Below are positions 1-11,412 of a stretch of 64,000 nucleotides of DNA, in pieces. The stretch's first letter is position 1; each line of letters begins with the position of its first letter. The position numbers and the translations under genes are program-made. This stretch comes from Naegleria gruberi. Its lineage: Eukaryota. The stretch lies in assembly GCA_000004985.1 (NCBI GenBank), contig GG738856.1. One strand, given 5' to 3'. The notes beneath the pieces are model-generated. The model was not told the DNA's origin. It saw only the letters and a list, made by a program, of their open reading frames with translations, and made no database searches.

Positions 1-477
1 CCAAACCCAAACCCAAACCCAAACCCAAACCCAAACCCAAACCCAAACCCAAACCCAAACCCAAACCCAAACCCAAACCCAAACCCAAACCCAAACCCAA
101 ACCCAAACCCAAACCCAAACCCAAACCCAAACCCAAACCCAAACCCAAACCCAAACCCAAACCCAAACCCAAACCCAAACCCAAACCCAAACCCAAACCC
201 AAACCCAAACCCAAACCCAAACCCAAACCCAAACCCAAACCCAAACCCAAACCCAAACCCAAACCCAAACCCAAACCCAAACCCAAACCCAAACCCAAAC
301 CCAAACCCAAACCCAAACCCAAACCCAAACCCAAACCCAAACCCAAACCCAAACCCAAACCCAACCCAAACCCAAACCCAAACCCAAACCCAAACCCAAA
401 CCCAAACCCAAACCCAAACCCAAACCCAAACCCAAACCCAAACCCAAACCCAAACCCAAACCCAAACCCAAACCCAA
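1..477. repeat. Telomeric repeat array (CCCAAA)n, about 79 units, TTTGGG on the G-strand, with one degenerate unit near 361-366; this is the chromosome terminus
   Basis: A perfect 6-nt periodicity runs from base 1 and ends abruptly at about 477, where unique sequence begins. One unit near 361 lacks an A. Confidence 0.95.
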
Positions 478-925
478 TTGGTGAATATTTTAAAACAATT
501 GTATTTTGAAGATACACTAATTACTGTAGATGGCATGAAAGAGTTCATTCACCAAGCTGAATCACATAAGAAAGTGGTATGGCTTTATTCGATTGGATAT
601 TTTTTAAGTATGGAAGGGAATAATGAAGAAAGTTTGGAATATTATAAAATGGCAGCCGAGTTGGGAGATGTAGATTCATTCTATGAACTGGGCGTAGCGT
701 ATAGCATGCAAGATATTGAGCAGAGTAAATATTGGCATGAGAAAGCTGTTAAACAAGGACATCAAAATGCTACAGCTTCTCTTGCAGAGATTTATCTTAA
801 AAAGGGAGATTATAAGCAAGCTTTTGAGTTTTTTTCACAAGCAGCTGAAAAAGGATGTGCTTATTCAATGAAAAATATTGCGTTCATGTATGAAAATGGA
901 CAATATGTAGATCAAGATTATTCAA
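476..925 (+). pseudogene. Truncated, telomere-capped duplicate of an internal segment of the F-box-like/Sel1-repeat gene, about 99% identical to about 1656-2105
   Basis: 478-925 aligns base for base with 1658-2105 with about 4 substitutions. It has no start codon and no upstream part of the gene. The telomere array joins directly at a shared aattggtg. The track ORF 478..1068 reads through the N gap. Confidence 0.85.
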
Positions 926-975
926 NNNNNNNNNNNNNNNNNNNNNNNNNNNNNNNNNNNNNNNNNNNNNNNNNN
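926..975. other. Assembly gap of 50 N
   Basis: A run of n characters. Confidence 0.99.
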
Positions 976-1211
976 AGATCAGTCCCTGAAACACATCAAC
1001 AAACGAAATTAAAGGAACAGGAGCCAAGTAATAGCTTTTCTATAAACAACGGTAATAAATATTTTTAAAAAATAAGCTGTGGTTGCTGAGTTTTTTAAAC
1101 CATAATTTATTTTATTTTATTTTTTCAGTAACGCTCGGACATCAACATTGGTCCCCCCTGGAAGAATGTTGTTCAAATAACCAAGAAAAAGCGGAAACAA
1201 TATTGTAAAAA

Positions 1212-3134
1212 ATGTTCCAACAAGTTCTTGTTAAAGGTCATCAACTGTTCGGGAACATTAAAAAAAATACCTCTAATTACATGATGAGCCATTTCACACA
1301 ACTGCCAGAAGAAATTATTGTGGAAATTTATAAATATGTATCCCATTCGGATATCATCCACAAAATGTCAAAAGTAGCTTCTGAGTGGAGAAGTGCTGTT
1401 TTTAAAGTAAAATCATTGGAACTTTTAGTTTCCGATAGAAAATTCACAACCGAAACATTACATTCTATATTTTACAGTCCACTTTTAAGTAATGTAGTTC
1501 TACTCTCTTTGGAAAATTGTGGATTGACTGATTCTGATATTAAAATGCTATGTGAAAGTTGTAATGACGGAAATTTTAGAAATTTAAAAGATTTATTGAT
1601 TGGAAGCAATCCTATTTCAATCAATTCGGTTATTGCCATTCATAATAGTGAATTGGTGAATATTTTAAAACAATTGTATTTTGAAGATACACTAATTACT
1701 GTAGATGGCATGAAAGAGTTCATTCATCAAGCTGAATCACATAAGAAAGTGGTATGGCTTTATTCGATTGGATATTTTTTAAGTATGGAAGGGAATAATG
1801 AAGAAAGTTTGGAATATTATAAAATGGCAGCCGAGTTGGGAGATGTAGATTCATTCTATGAACTGGGCGTAGCGTATAGCATGCAAGATATTGAGCAGAG
1901 TAAATATTGGCATGAAAAAGCTGTTAAACAAGGACATCAAAATGCTACAGCTTCTCTTGCAGAGATTTATCTTAAAAAGGGAGATTATAAGCAAGCTTTT
2001 GAGTTTTTTTCACAAGCAGGTGAAAAAGGATGTGCTTATTCAATGAAAAATATTGCGTTCATGTATGAAAATGGACAATATGTAGAACAAGATTATTCAA
2101 AATCAAAGAAATGGCTTCTGAAATCAACTGCATTTGGAGATATAGCTTTACACGAGTTGGGAATGAGATATTTGAATGGTAGCTTTGGATTTGAAAAAAA
2201 TTTGCAGAAAGCCATTAGATACTTTCAATCCCAATACCATCCAAGTGAGTCAAGCTATCAACTGGCACTCATGTATTTGGAAGGTAATGAATATATTCAA
2301 AAAGATGCTTTGAAAGCAATTGAAATATTGGAAAAAGCTTATGATACGAATGCAGCATTGCTACTAGGATCAATATATGCTAAGGGAGTCGAAGGAGTAG
2401 TTCCAAAAGATATTAAAAAGGCAATTGAAGCCTATTACAGAGCCTATAATAATCCAGAAGGAGCCCTACAGATTGGAATATTATATTTGGAAAAGTTCAA
2501 AACAGAGGAATCATATTTCCATTATATGGCTAAAGGAAAATTTGAAGAAGCAGCCAATGCAGGATCGGTAGAAGCCATGTTTAGGTTAGCAGAGCTTTTG
2601 AAAACAACTTTCAAAGATTTAGATGAATCAGACCGAAATTACTCTATGGCAGCTAGTAACAATCATGTTATAGCTCAATATCAACTAGCTCTGTATCACA
2701 AAGAGGGTATTAGAAATTTTGAGAAGAATCCTGAAAAGGCTAAATATTATTTTGAACAAGCAGCTAATCAAGGACATTCTGGAGCACAATATGAGTTGGC
2801 TGTAATATTATCCCCAGAAAATTACGAACAATCTTTAAAACTATTGAATTTGTCAATTGAGCAAGGCAACAGTTTTGCAATGGACATGTTGGCAAAATGG
2901 TACTTAAAAGGCACTGGTGTGGGAAAAGATGAAAAGAGAGCTGTCGAATTATTAGAAAAGTCATGTGAAATTGGAGGTTGCTCCAATAGCTATTATGAAC
3001 TCTCCTTACTTTATGAAGCTGGATTAGGTTGTGAGGTCAATAAGGAAAGAGCTGCAGAATTGAAAGGAAAGGCAATTGAATTGGGAGAAGCGAGATCTCT
3101 AATTGATCAATTCTTCTTTTTCGAAGATGCTTAA
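1212..3134 (+). CDS. F-box-like, LRR and Sel1-like repeat (SLR) protein, 640 aa
   Basis: The N-terminus LPEEIIVEIYKYV...WRSAV is F-box-like. There are at least 10 Sel1-type repeats of the form A..Y..AA..G...A...LG..Y..G. The ORF is continuous. Confidence 0.8.
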   Translation: MFQQVLVKGHQLFGNIKKNTSNYMMSHFTQLPEEIIVEIYKYVSHSDIIHKMSKVASEWRSAVFKVKSLELLVSDRKFTTETLHSIFYSPLLSNVVLLSLENCGLTDSDIKMLCESCNDGNFRNLKDLLIGSNPISINSVIAIHNSELVNILKQLYFEDTLITVDGMKEFIHQAESHKKVVWLYSIGYFLSMEGNNEESLEYYKMAAELGDVDSFYELGVAYSMQDIEQSKYWHEKAVKQGHQNATASLAEIYLKKGDYKQAFEFFSQAGEKGCAYSMKNIAFMYENGQYVEQDYSKSKKWLLKSTAFGDIALHELGMRYLNGSFGFEKNLQKAIRYFQSQYHPSESSYQLALMYLEGNEYIQKDALKAIEILEKAYDTNAALLLGSIYAKGVEGVVPKDIKKAIEAYYRAYNNPEGALQIGILYLEKFKTEESYFHYMAKGKFEEAANAGSVEAMFRLAELLKTTFKDLDESDRNYSMAASNNHVIAQYQLALYHKEGIRNFEKNPEKAKYYFEQAANQGHSGAQYELAVILSPENYEQSLKLLNLSIEQGNSFAMDMLAKWYLKGTGVGKDEKRAVELLEKSCEIGGCSNSYYELSLLYEAGLGCEVNKERAAELKGKAIELGEARSLIDQFFFFEDA

Positions 3135-3627
3135 TGAATTACGATCATTTTTTATTCCTTTCATTAGAACGAACACATTAAACCAATAATGTTGTCCAAA
3201 TATTCCTTTCGTCATTCTTAAAGAAAGTTGCACTACTTCATTATTGTATTAATATTCGAAAGTGTATTATGCAAGCATGTCACGAAGAAATATTCCCAAA
3301 TAAAGTTTCGAGTTTGTTTGGACAAGGAAGCCAGAACCACGATCTGCACCAAAAACACCCAGATTACCCTTTGCAGATTTTAAATCATAACAACTACAAA
3401 TTCTAGGATATGTTGTTAATCGGAAGGGATTGAGGCAACCTGTTAAATCCTCAAAACATTTCTTGATTTGTTTTTAAATCGTTGATTCGTCAAAGGCAAT
3501 TTTGCCATCAGCATCATGATGATTGTTAGCAGAAACAGCAAAGATTGGATTTTTGACGAATTGAAATATGTCATTATCAATCGACATTAGATTTATGACA
3601 TTATGTGTTAATCCATACTTATTTTGA

Positions 3628-5427
3628 TTATTCCTTTTCAAAATATTGAGGATAGGTTTTACGCAACGCTTCAACAAGAGGGTACTTGTTTGCATCTTTC
3701 TGTTCCGTTGCTTCCTTAATTCCTCTCTCAAAATATTGGTTTGCTCTTTCTAAATCTCCTAAATGGCAATAAGCTGCTCCCATATTGAAATAGGCAACAC
3801 AAAAACTTGGATCAATTTCAAGAATTTTCTCACACTCTCTAATGCCGCTCTCATAATCTTTTTCTACAAAGAAACAATCAGCCAAGTTACTTAAATTCTC
3901 TAAATCTTTGGTTTCATTGTAGCTTTCCAAGTAGTATTGTCTTGCCATTTGATAATTTCCATTTTGAAAATAATATTCTGCAACAAATCTCAAAACTGCA
4001 GGATAATACTTTTTAGCTTCTTTTGCCAATTCCATTATGAGATGGTCATTTCCCTTCTTCATATGTGAATAAGTGAGAATAATGTAATAGATTCCAAGTA
4101 AATGCTCTTTTGGAAAAGTGTTTTGTGGCTTCTCTAGTAATTCCTTCAATTTTTCACATTCCTTAATGGCATCATCCAATCGATTGACATATGAATATAT
4201 AGTACACCAAGTGGCAGAATATTGCAAAATACGTTGGATTGGTGATTCTGTTGGTGGTGGATTGTTTTCAATCATCTCAATACCATTCTTTTCATATAAT
4301 TCCAATGTAGTAATATAAAATCGTGTACAATCTATAAACTCTGCATAATCTCCAACAATTAGGCATAAATATCTATACATTCCATGATTTTGAAACATTA
4401 AAATGGGATCTTTTTGATAATATTGCTTCATGCATTGCATTGCTTGTTTGTATTCCTTTCTTTTCAAATAGTATTCTTTCATCATTTCGTGTAGTTTTTG
4501 ATATTCTGATAAAATTTTCTCATCCGTTCTAGTTTCCTTCTTTTCGAGCTCTTTCACCAAATTGTACGTCTCGATAACTAGGTCGTGGTTCTTTAAATAT
4601 ATGAAAGAATCTAACATGAGAACTAGAGATTCGTATTTTGAGGAAGCTAATGAGAGAGCTCGTTCGAAATCTTGTCTTCCACATTCAATCATTTTATACT
4701 TTATAATCAATACACTTCCTCTTCTACATAACAATGAAGCCAAATCATCAGCTTCCTTACTTCCAATTTCAATTGGTCCAATTGACTCAATTGATTTAAT
4801 TCCCTTTGTGGCATAAGAAATAGCCTTTTCAAACTGTTCCAATTCATAACACATGGAATAAAGTGAACTATAATATGAAAATGGCACTTGAACTGCATTA
4901 TTCGAAACAATTTCAAATGCTCTTTCCAAATAATTATTAGCCAATTGAACATTGTAATTCTCCTTTTGTATATAAAACCAATACAATTGTTCCAAAAGTG
5001 AAACCATATCATCTCTATTTGGTTCAATCTCTAAAACCTTCTCTAGATCAGCACATGCAAGTTTCCATTCACTCAATCCTTCATAACATTTTGATCTTTC
5101 AATCAAGGCATCTGTGAAATTTGGATTAAATTCCAACAGTTCATTCAATTCTCCAATTCTTTTCTTGTTCCTCACCTTGTTATCATTATTTTCAGCATCA
5201 TTTTCATCACCTCCGAAATTATCTAAATTATTATTGTTGGAGGAACGAAGAGGTGAAAACAAGTTGTTGTGAAATTTGCGTTCGTTTGTAGGTGATGATG
5301 TGAATTCTTTTCTTAAAGTGGAAATTAATGATCGGTGATGAGGAACCTTGCAAGTTGATTTTTTGAATGTTGTGGAGAGAAATCCTTTGGGGAGACGACT
5401 GGAGAGTTTGATCATTTTTTTTAACAT
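3628..5427 (-). CDS. TPR-repeat protein, 599 aa, with a low-complexity basic N-terminus
   Basis: Multiple 34-residue TPR-like units, for example AYFNMGAAYCHLGDLERANQYFERGIKEA. The ORF is continuous. Confidence 0.65.
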   Translation of the reverse strand: MLKKMIKLSSRLPKGFLSTTFKKSTCKVPHHRSLISTLRKEFTSSPTNERKFHNNLFSPLRSSNNNNLDNFGGDENDAENNDNKVRNKKRIGELNELLEFNPNFTDALIERSKCYEGLSEWKLACADLEKVLEIEPNRDDMVSLLEQLYWFYIQKENYNVQLANNYLERAFEIVSNNAVQVPFSYYSSLYSMCYELEQFEKAISYATKGIKSIESIGPIEIGSKEADDLASLLCRRGSVLIIKYKMIECGRQDFERALSLASSKYESLVLMLDSFIYLKNHDLVIETYNLVKELEKKETRTDEKILSEYQKLHEMMKEYYLKRKEYKQAMQCMKQYYQKDPILMFQNHGMYRYLCLIVGDYAEFIDCTRFYITTLELYEKNGIEMIENNPPPTESPIQRILQYSATWCTIYSYVNRLDDAIKECEKLKELLEKPQNTFPKEHLLGIYYIILTYSHMKKGNDHLIMELAKEAKKYYPAVLRFVAEYYFQNGNYQMARQYYLESYNETKDLENLSNLADCFFVEKDYESGIRECEKILEIDPSFCVAYFNMGAAYCHLGDLERANQYFERGIKEATEQKDANKYPLVEALRKTYPQYFEKE

Positions 5428-5593
5428 GTTATTTTGAAATTTGATTGATCCAAGTCAATCAGGTCTGTCTGTCCAGAATTTTAAAGATTTGATAATTAAA
5501 AACAGATAAAAACATATATTGATTGAGAATGATTTGTTTATTTACAGAAATTCGTGATTGGTAGCCAAAAGAAAATTGTGAAACTTAAATTGA

Positions 5594-7477
5594 CTACAAG
5601 ATGAACAACTTGATCAACAATAGAGTCAATGAAAGAATCCACATATTTCCACCTCTGACAATTGAGAATGCTCCATTGACAACACCACTTGTTCCAGCAC
5701 CTCCCTTAGTTGTCTTTGGAACAATATCAAACAAACGATAAGTCTTTGAAACAACTGCATTAGCTACAGGATTAGCTGCCAAACTTCTAGTGTCTACATT
5801 TTCTTCCTTGAATAGACTTCTAACAGAGGTAGTATTTGTAGGTAAATAGGCAGATTCAATGGTAAGGAAACATCTTCTGTCGAGACCATCTCTGATTGCG
5901 AAGGGAAGATCGAATTGGAAAGCATAACTGGAAGTGGATGGAGGAGGAAGGGTAGCAGCATTTAAACCACCAGTGCTTTGAGGAACTCCATTGATATAGA
6001 TTTGAGTACTGAAATCAGAGTTGGAAGCGTTACGACAGTCGACATTGACAGGAATGGTTGTGAAATCAAGGAAACAACACATAATGACATTGTATGGGGA
6101 AATGGTCATGTAAGGAACACTAGGAGCACCTGGAACATCAACTCTGACATAGATAGTGTCAGTTGCCGCGAATTGAGTTTGAGCAACTGTCAAGGCAGCA
6201 TTTCCATAAGTTTGAGCTGTGGTATTATATTGTAAAACTTGAGTAATAGGAGGGTAAGGAACCACATATTGTAAAGAATATGAAATTGTACAACCAGTTC
6301 CATCAGGTGATAAGTAGGTCAGTACGTAATCACCATAAAAGTCAATTGGACCATTAATGACATTTGACTGCATTACAATTGTATATTGATAATAACCATT
6401 TGAAGTACCAGTGAATATAGCATCAGTAACATTAAAGAAATATGGTCCAGTAACTGTCCATGATGTGACAGGTGGTGCCAAAAGTGTCCAAACAATCATT
6501 CTAATTTCCAATTTACCCAAATCATTAACGAAAATTCTCTTTGGTTGAATAAAAGCAGTACAGTTATTACCTCCAGAACTAGATCCATCAGTAGTATTAA
6601 AACTGACACGTGTCACTTGAAGAACCAATGTCAAAATATAACGTTGTTGATAAATGACTTTGTAACAAGTTCCAGAAATTGGTGGAGCAACGTAAACATC
6701 ACCTCCTGTTGAAGTGGATGGCAATGGTGAATAAGTAGTAATCATATATTCAGCATACATCAATGCAACCAAATCAATGACACCTCCAGTTGAAATTTGT
6801 TGGACATTTGGATTTGACAAGTAACTTGACAATGGCAATGACAGGACATAATCACTATACCAGTAAGTGGAAGTTCCTGCATTATAGACAAATCCATCTC
6901 TGATTAAATCAGTTTGTTGACAAGCTGTCACTGCAGAAAGTCCAATGTTGAATTTGACTTCCGGAGTTGTGAAAACTCTTAAATACATTCTGATACGGAG
7001 TGTGACAATTAAGGTACTTGGATCGACACTGGCAAAGAAACCTGGACGTGGAGCACCAATGGTTCCTCTTCTGAAGGCTGTGAAAACAATATTTCCAATG
7101 GCGGTTGTACTAATATTGAATAATGGATCATAGACATTTAAGGTAAAAGTTGGGAGTTCTTGATTACCAAAATGGGAGAATAAAACAAGTCCGTTAGTGA
7201 CATCGGCAACTGTGAAAGTGTTGGTATCGAGATAGAAACCGAAGGTAGTGTTATAACGGAGGAAACGAGCATTGGTGACTGAAGTAACTGTGTAAATGAC
7301 ACGAGGTTCAACAATTCCATTGACAGTTGACTGTAAATTGGTTGTGGTAATGGTAACATTGTCGCCATTATAAACTTGCAATGAGTTGTTGATCACTGCT
7401 ATGGTTTGACATTGAACTGGCTTGTAAAAAACAAATAGAATAGCCAGAAGAAACAAATACGAAATGAAACGATTCAT
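5594..7477 (-). CDS. Secreted or surface glycoprotein, 627 aa, with an N-terminal signal peptide and a C-terminal hydrophobic tail that may be a GPI signal
   Basis: Signal peptide MNRFISYLFLLAILFVFYKPVQCQ. Many N-x-S/T sites. The C-terminus MWILSLTLLLIKLFIL is hydrophobic. No recognisable domain. Confidence 0.6.
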   Translation of the reverse strand: MNRFISYLFLLAILFVFYKPVQCQTIAVINNSLQVYNGDNVTITTTNLQSTVNGIVEPRVIYTVTSVTNARFLRYNTTFGFYLDTNTFTVADVTNGLVLFSHFGNQELPTFTLNVYDPLFNISTTAIGNIVFTAFRRGTIGAPRPGFFASVDPSTLIVTLRIRMYLRVFTTPEVKFNIGLSAVTACQQTDLIRDGFVYNAGTSTYWYSDYVLSLPLSSYLSNPNVQQISTGGVIDLVALMYAEYMITTYSPLPSTSTGGDVYVAPPISGTCYKVIYQQRYILTLVLQVTRVSFNTTDGSSSGGNNCTAFIQPKRIFVNDLGKLEIRMIVWTLLAPPVTSWTVTGPYFFNVTDAIFTGTSNGYYQYTIVMQSNVINGPIDFYGDYVLTYLSPDGTGCTISYSLQYVVPYPPITQVLQYNTTAQTYGNAALTVAQTQFAATDTIYVRVDVPGAPSVPYMTISPYNVIMCCFLDFTTIPVNVDCRNASNSDFSTQIYINGVPQSTGGLNAATLPPPSTSSYAFQFDLPFAIRDGLDRRCFLTIESAYLPTNTTSVRSLFKEENVDTRSLAANPVANAVVSKTYRLFDIVPKTTKGGAGTSGVVNGAFSIVRGGNMWILSLTLLLIKLFIL

Positions 7478-7723
7478 TTTTTTGATTTTGATATTGAAAC
7501 TGAACCAGAGAATGGATTAGGTTTTAAGTTGAAAAGAATATTTGTCATTTGTAAAGCTAAAACAATGAATTGTCCAAAAATATTTTGATGGCATTCCTAA
7601 AATGGAACGAGGAATGACGAAAAGGGTTTTTCATATTCGATAGCAAAAAGTACAATTTCTAATACGAAACTTTGAAATCTTGAAAGTTGCGTAATCTGAA
7701 ATGAAGTTTGTTTTTTGATTTAT

Positions 7724-8773
7724 TTAAAGACCTAGAATAGTATTAACTAGTTTCGAATGGAGCTGTTTAGAGATTTCCTTTAGATTATTCTCTGTTTCGT
7801 AAATAGTATTAGAAGCGTAAGGAGTTTTTTCTAGTTGTGGTGTTGGACCCTGATTGATAATTCCAGCAAGTCTTTGTTGAATATCAGACATGATCGATTG
7901 TCTTTGATCATTTACAACATTAGAAATTGGAGAAAATTGGTAAGTTTCGAATGGAGTTTCTTTTAAGATTTCTCCTCTTAGCAATAGCTTCTTGTCAATT
8001 CTGGCAAACCATTCACGAGTTTCTACTCCAATATCTGTGAAATATAACTTGTGTTCATGTTGATCAGATTCATGGAAAGATTGAATGCCTACAGGAATTA
8101 ATTCCTTCTTTCTTTCGAATACTAGAATTGAATCGTCTAAGGAATCAGCTTCTCCAGAATAGGTAACTTGCTTACAAATGGTTCTTCGCCACTGAGTTAC
8201 GTGATCTTTCAAACAATCAGAGCTTTTCAATTGTTCCCTATTCGAAAGTAAAATCAAATTTGCATCAAACTCTTCAGCTCTCTTCTTTTCCAAATCTTGC
8301 ATAACATTTTGTAATTCCCTGCGAATTATCTGTTGACTACTTTCATTTCCAACTTGCTCTTCACTTCCAGTTGATAACATGAGCAATGCCAAATTGCTTT
8401 CTAATGTGAAAAGATTGAAACGATCGTGTAATTCGACGTGTTGGACTTTTCTTGTTTTTCCCAATTCAACTTGAACTGAGAGTAGGGATGAATGAATCAT
8501 GGGTGGGACAATCACTGAGGATTCCTTTAAAAGTGGATTGAAACCAAAGTTTTGAGAGAGAATTACAAGACAGTTGGCACGAGCGAGAATCAAATTTGGT
8601 GAGAGCACTAAACCAGTGCAAAGTGAAAGAGAATCAGAAAGTGGATTGACTCGTAATTGAATGGTAGCTAGTTTGGGAGCAGTCAATTCAGTTTCTGCTG
8701 AATTAGCACACCAACAGGTGGAAATGAAAAGAAGGACAAGAAGGCAGGACAGTAAAAGTGTGGTTGCTTTCAT
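7724..8773 (-). CDS. Secreted protein, 349 aa, function unknown
   Basis: Signal peptide MKATTLLLSCLLVLLFISTCWC. The ORF is continuous. Confidence 0.55.
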   Translation of the reverse strand: MKATTLLLSCLLVLLFISTCWCANSAETELTAPKLATIQLRVNPLSDSLSLCTGLVLSPNLILARANCLVILSQNFGFNPLLKESSVIVPPMIHSSLLSVQVELGKTRKVQHVELHDRFNLFTLESNLALLMLSTGSEEQVGNESSQQIIRRELQNVMQDLEKKRAEEFDANLILLSNREQLKSSDCLKDHVTQWRRTICKQVTYSGEADSLDDSILVFERKKELIPVGIQSFHESDQHEHKLYFTDIGVETREWFARIDKKLLLRGEILKETPFETYQFSPISNVVNDQRQSIMSDIQQRLAGIINQGPTPQLEKTPYASNTIYETENNLKEISKQLHSKLVNTILGL

Positions 8774-9168
8774 TTTCTTTTTAAGATATTAAATAATATT
8801 ATTATTCAATCAGTTAATAAGTGGTTTTGTTAATATAAAGATGTAGGATTGTGCAGATGATTGGATATCTAAATTCTTGAAAAGGAAAAGTTCTCGTATT
8901 GTGATTGGATAACTTGGCTTCAACAATTGAATTGAAGGCTTACACCAACTCAATTGACTCAATTGCATATAAGTTTTTGTAAAAGATTGAAAATAAATAT
9001 CGATGAACGAAAATTTATTTACAATTCTTTTTAGATATTGAAATAATTCCCTAAAAAGATGTGTGATCCTAGTGAACGAAGCTGTTGATAGCATTGTTAT
9101 GGTGAAAATTGCAGTGGTCGTACTAACCATGTCTTTTAATATTCTCAAGAGACATGCTGCTTGACAGT

Positions 9169-11412
9169 CTATGGTGTATATTCAAAGAGAAGAGGAGAGG
9201 TAATCGGAATAAAGTTCTTCATCAAAACTATGAGAACATTACTTGGTTCTTCTTGTGGTGGAAGAGTAACCAATAGAGGACTGGAGTGAACAAACTTGGA
9301 TAATTCTTCATCAAGATTTGGAATATTTCCATTGGCACCAACAAGAGTTACTCTATTGCTGAGATCATTGAGGGCAACAAGAGTATCATTGTCATAGGAA
9401 ATAACTGGATTAACACAGAATGCTTTCAAATTTTGTCCATCCTTAACTTGAATGATGAGGAATTGGAGCATATCTGTTGGCCTCAGTTCAAAATTATGAT
9501 TGAAGGAAACAATGGCTGGTTGGGAGTATGGACCATATGATGGTGTGATATTGTATTGATAATTGTTGGCAATATTGAGAAGGTTGAGATCATACTTGGA
9601 GGAAGGAATAGGAAAGCTACTCATTGGTCTTCTATTTTGTTGGTTCAACAATTCCATCAATTGTTGATTCACTAATTGTTGTCGTTGTTGAATATGATTC
9701 AAGACAATTTGCTTTTTAAGTTGTGAATTTGCATCGTTAACATCACTAGCAAACAATTGATTCATATTTCCCATATTATTGCCGAGACCAATGTTACCAT
9801 TGCTAGGTATTCTCCTCATGGAATTCATCGAATGATGAAGACCATTAGCACCCGAGCCCATCATGGAACCTCCATCATTACCACCACCAATATTTGCAGA
9901 ACCATTACCAAACAAATTAAATTGTGATTGTTGAGCCAATTTTTCCATCGTTGTTGTTGTATTGTTATTGTTGTTATTATTATTGTTATTAACACTATTA
10001 CTATTAATATTTGACGAAGACGATGCACGAGTTAAATTTGGTTGAGAAGAGGTGGCCGAACTTGAATTATTGGCGTTACGGTTAGAGGAAGTAGTTGTGG
10101 TGGTTGCTGAGGAGAGCTGTTGGCTTTGATTTGATGTAGAGACGTTTTTTTGACTCAAAAAAGGGTGGCTTAGGAGTAATTCTTTCACTTCTGCTGACAT
10201 TACTGCAGCAACTGAATTATTTTGATGGTGAGGTGGTGAGGTGTTGTTATTGGTAGCAGAAGCGGAGGAAGTATGGAATGCGTTTTGTGTTCTGGAAGAT
10301 AATTTGTTTGATGGTTCAGATTGCAAAGTTTGAGGTATTTGATTGGATGAGGAGGAGAAGGGATTCTTTTCCGAATTGTCTTCATCATCCATCATGGTGG
10401 CTTCATTATCAAATGTTAAGGATGCAGCAGAAGGATTTGAGAATTTGGAATCAAGGGAAGAAAGTAATGAGGTAAGGTGTTGAGACAATTGAATGCTACT
10501 TGAGGAGGTTTTCGTAGATTTGGTAATGCCATGATAATGTCCATTTGTGTTATTTAAAAATCCGTTAGGAACATTTCCGTTTTGTGTGTGGTGATGGCCA
10601 AATCTAGAAGTCATTAAAGAGTTATTAAGCGAACCGTTTTGTGCTGGATTGGTGCCATTCGTAGGAATTTCCATATTATTATTATTGTTAGAACTACCCA
10701 TTAGGTTATTTAAGAGATTTAAATTGTTATTACTCTTTGATGAAGTCATGTTATTATTAACAATGTTATTATGACCATTATGACTATTATGGCTATTATT
10801 ACCAGTGGCACCAAGATTAGATGTAGTAGAAGGTGCATTTAGTGGAGGAGGAGATGATTTCTCACTCGATTCAAATGTTCTTTCACCAGCTTCAATGTTA
10901 TTTTCCTTCATGAGTAACCATTCCAATACCCAATACTTTTCATCACTGAGCATGTAGACAACACATTTAGGAATACGTTCCTTCTCATGTAATGAAGAAG
11001 CCTTCTTGTGATATACAAAACCAATTTGATCAACTGTTTGAGATCTTTCTCTGAACATGACAATATCACCAATATTATAGAATGGTTTCACTGTAATATC
11101 ATGATGAGAACCAGCAGATTCTGAATGTCCATTCGATGATGCATGTCCATTAGAGTTTGTATTTTGATGGTGGTTTGTAGATGATGTTGCATTATTAGCA
11201 GTGTTTGTAGTTGTTGCATCCATCAAGAGAGCTGAAAATGAATCAGAAGCACCAATATTATTAGACGAATCAAAATGATGAGTATTAGCATTATGAGGAT
11301 TCATTTCAGGGTCAGTACTAGTAAAGATCTTTCTCAACTTTTTCTTATAAACACCTCCAGCATCCTTATCATAAATCACTGACTTTTTTTTAAGGATATT
11401 GTTGGCAGACAT
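9169..11412 (-). CDS. Low-complexity N/S/T/Q-rich nuclear-type protein, 747 aa, function unknown
   Basis: Long continuous ORF. Globular N-terminal and C-terminal segments flank poly-N and poly-S tracts. Confidence 0.55.
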   Translation of the reverse strand: MSANNILKKKSVIYDKDAGGVYKKKLRKIFTSTDPEMNPHNANTHHFDSSNNIGASDSFSALLMDATTTNTANNATSSTNHHQNTNSNGHASSNGHSESAGSHHDITVKPFYNIGDIVMFRERSQTVDQIGFVYHKKASSLHEKERIPKCVVYMLSDEKYWVLEWLLMKENNIEAGERTFESSEKSSPPPLNAPSTTSNLGATGNNSHNSHNGHNNIVNNNMTSSKSNNNLNLLNNLMGSSNNNNNMEIPTNGTNPAQNGSLNNSLMTSRFGHHHTQNGNVPNGFLNNTNGHYHGITKSTKTSSSSIQLSQHLTSLLSSLDSKFSNPSAASLTFDNEATMMDDEDNSEKNPFSSSSNQIPQTLQSEPSNKLSSRTQNAFHTSSASATNNNTSPPHHQNNSVAAVMSAEVKELLLSHPFLSQKNVSTSNQSQQLSSATTTTTSSNRNANNSSSATSSQPNLTRASSSSNINSNSVNNNNNNNNNNTTTTMEKLAQQSQFNLFGNGSANIGGGNDGGSMMGSGANGLHHSMNSMRRIPSNGNIGLGNNMGNMNQLFASDVNDANSQLKKQIVLNHIQQRQQLVNQQLMELLNQQNRRPMSSFPIPSSKYDLNLLNIANNYQYNITPSYGPYSQPAIVSFNHNFELRPTDMLQFLIIQVKDGQNLKAFCVNPVISYDNDTLVALNDLSNRVTLVGANGNIPNLDEELSKFVHSSPLLVTLPPQEEPSNVLIVLMKNFIPITSPLLFEYTP

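Noticed and set aside
1-477. A ciliate (Paramecium or Tetrahymena-like) origin suggested by G3T3-type telomere repeats
   Set aside because: TAA and TAG clearly terminate dozens of long conserved ORFs, as in CHMP1, NDUFA9 and Clp1, so the nuclear code is standard. An AT-rich intron-poor amoeboflagellate-like protist is more consistent, but I cannot name the species from sequence alone.
478-1068. Track ORF of 196 aa containing an X run
   Set aside because: It is the truncated duplicate of gene 1212-3134 read across a 50-N assembly gap. It has no start context, so I annotate it as a pseudogene fragment rather than a gene.
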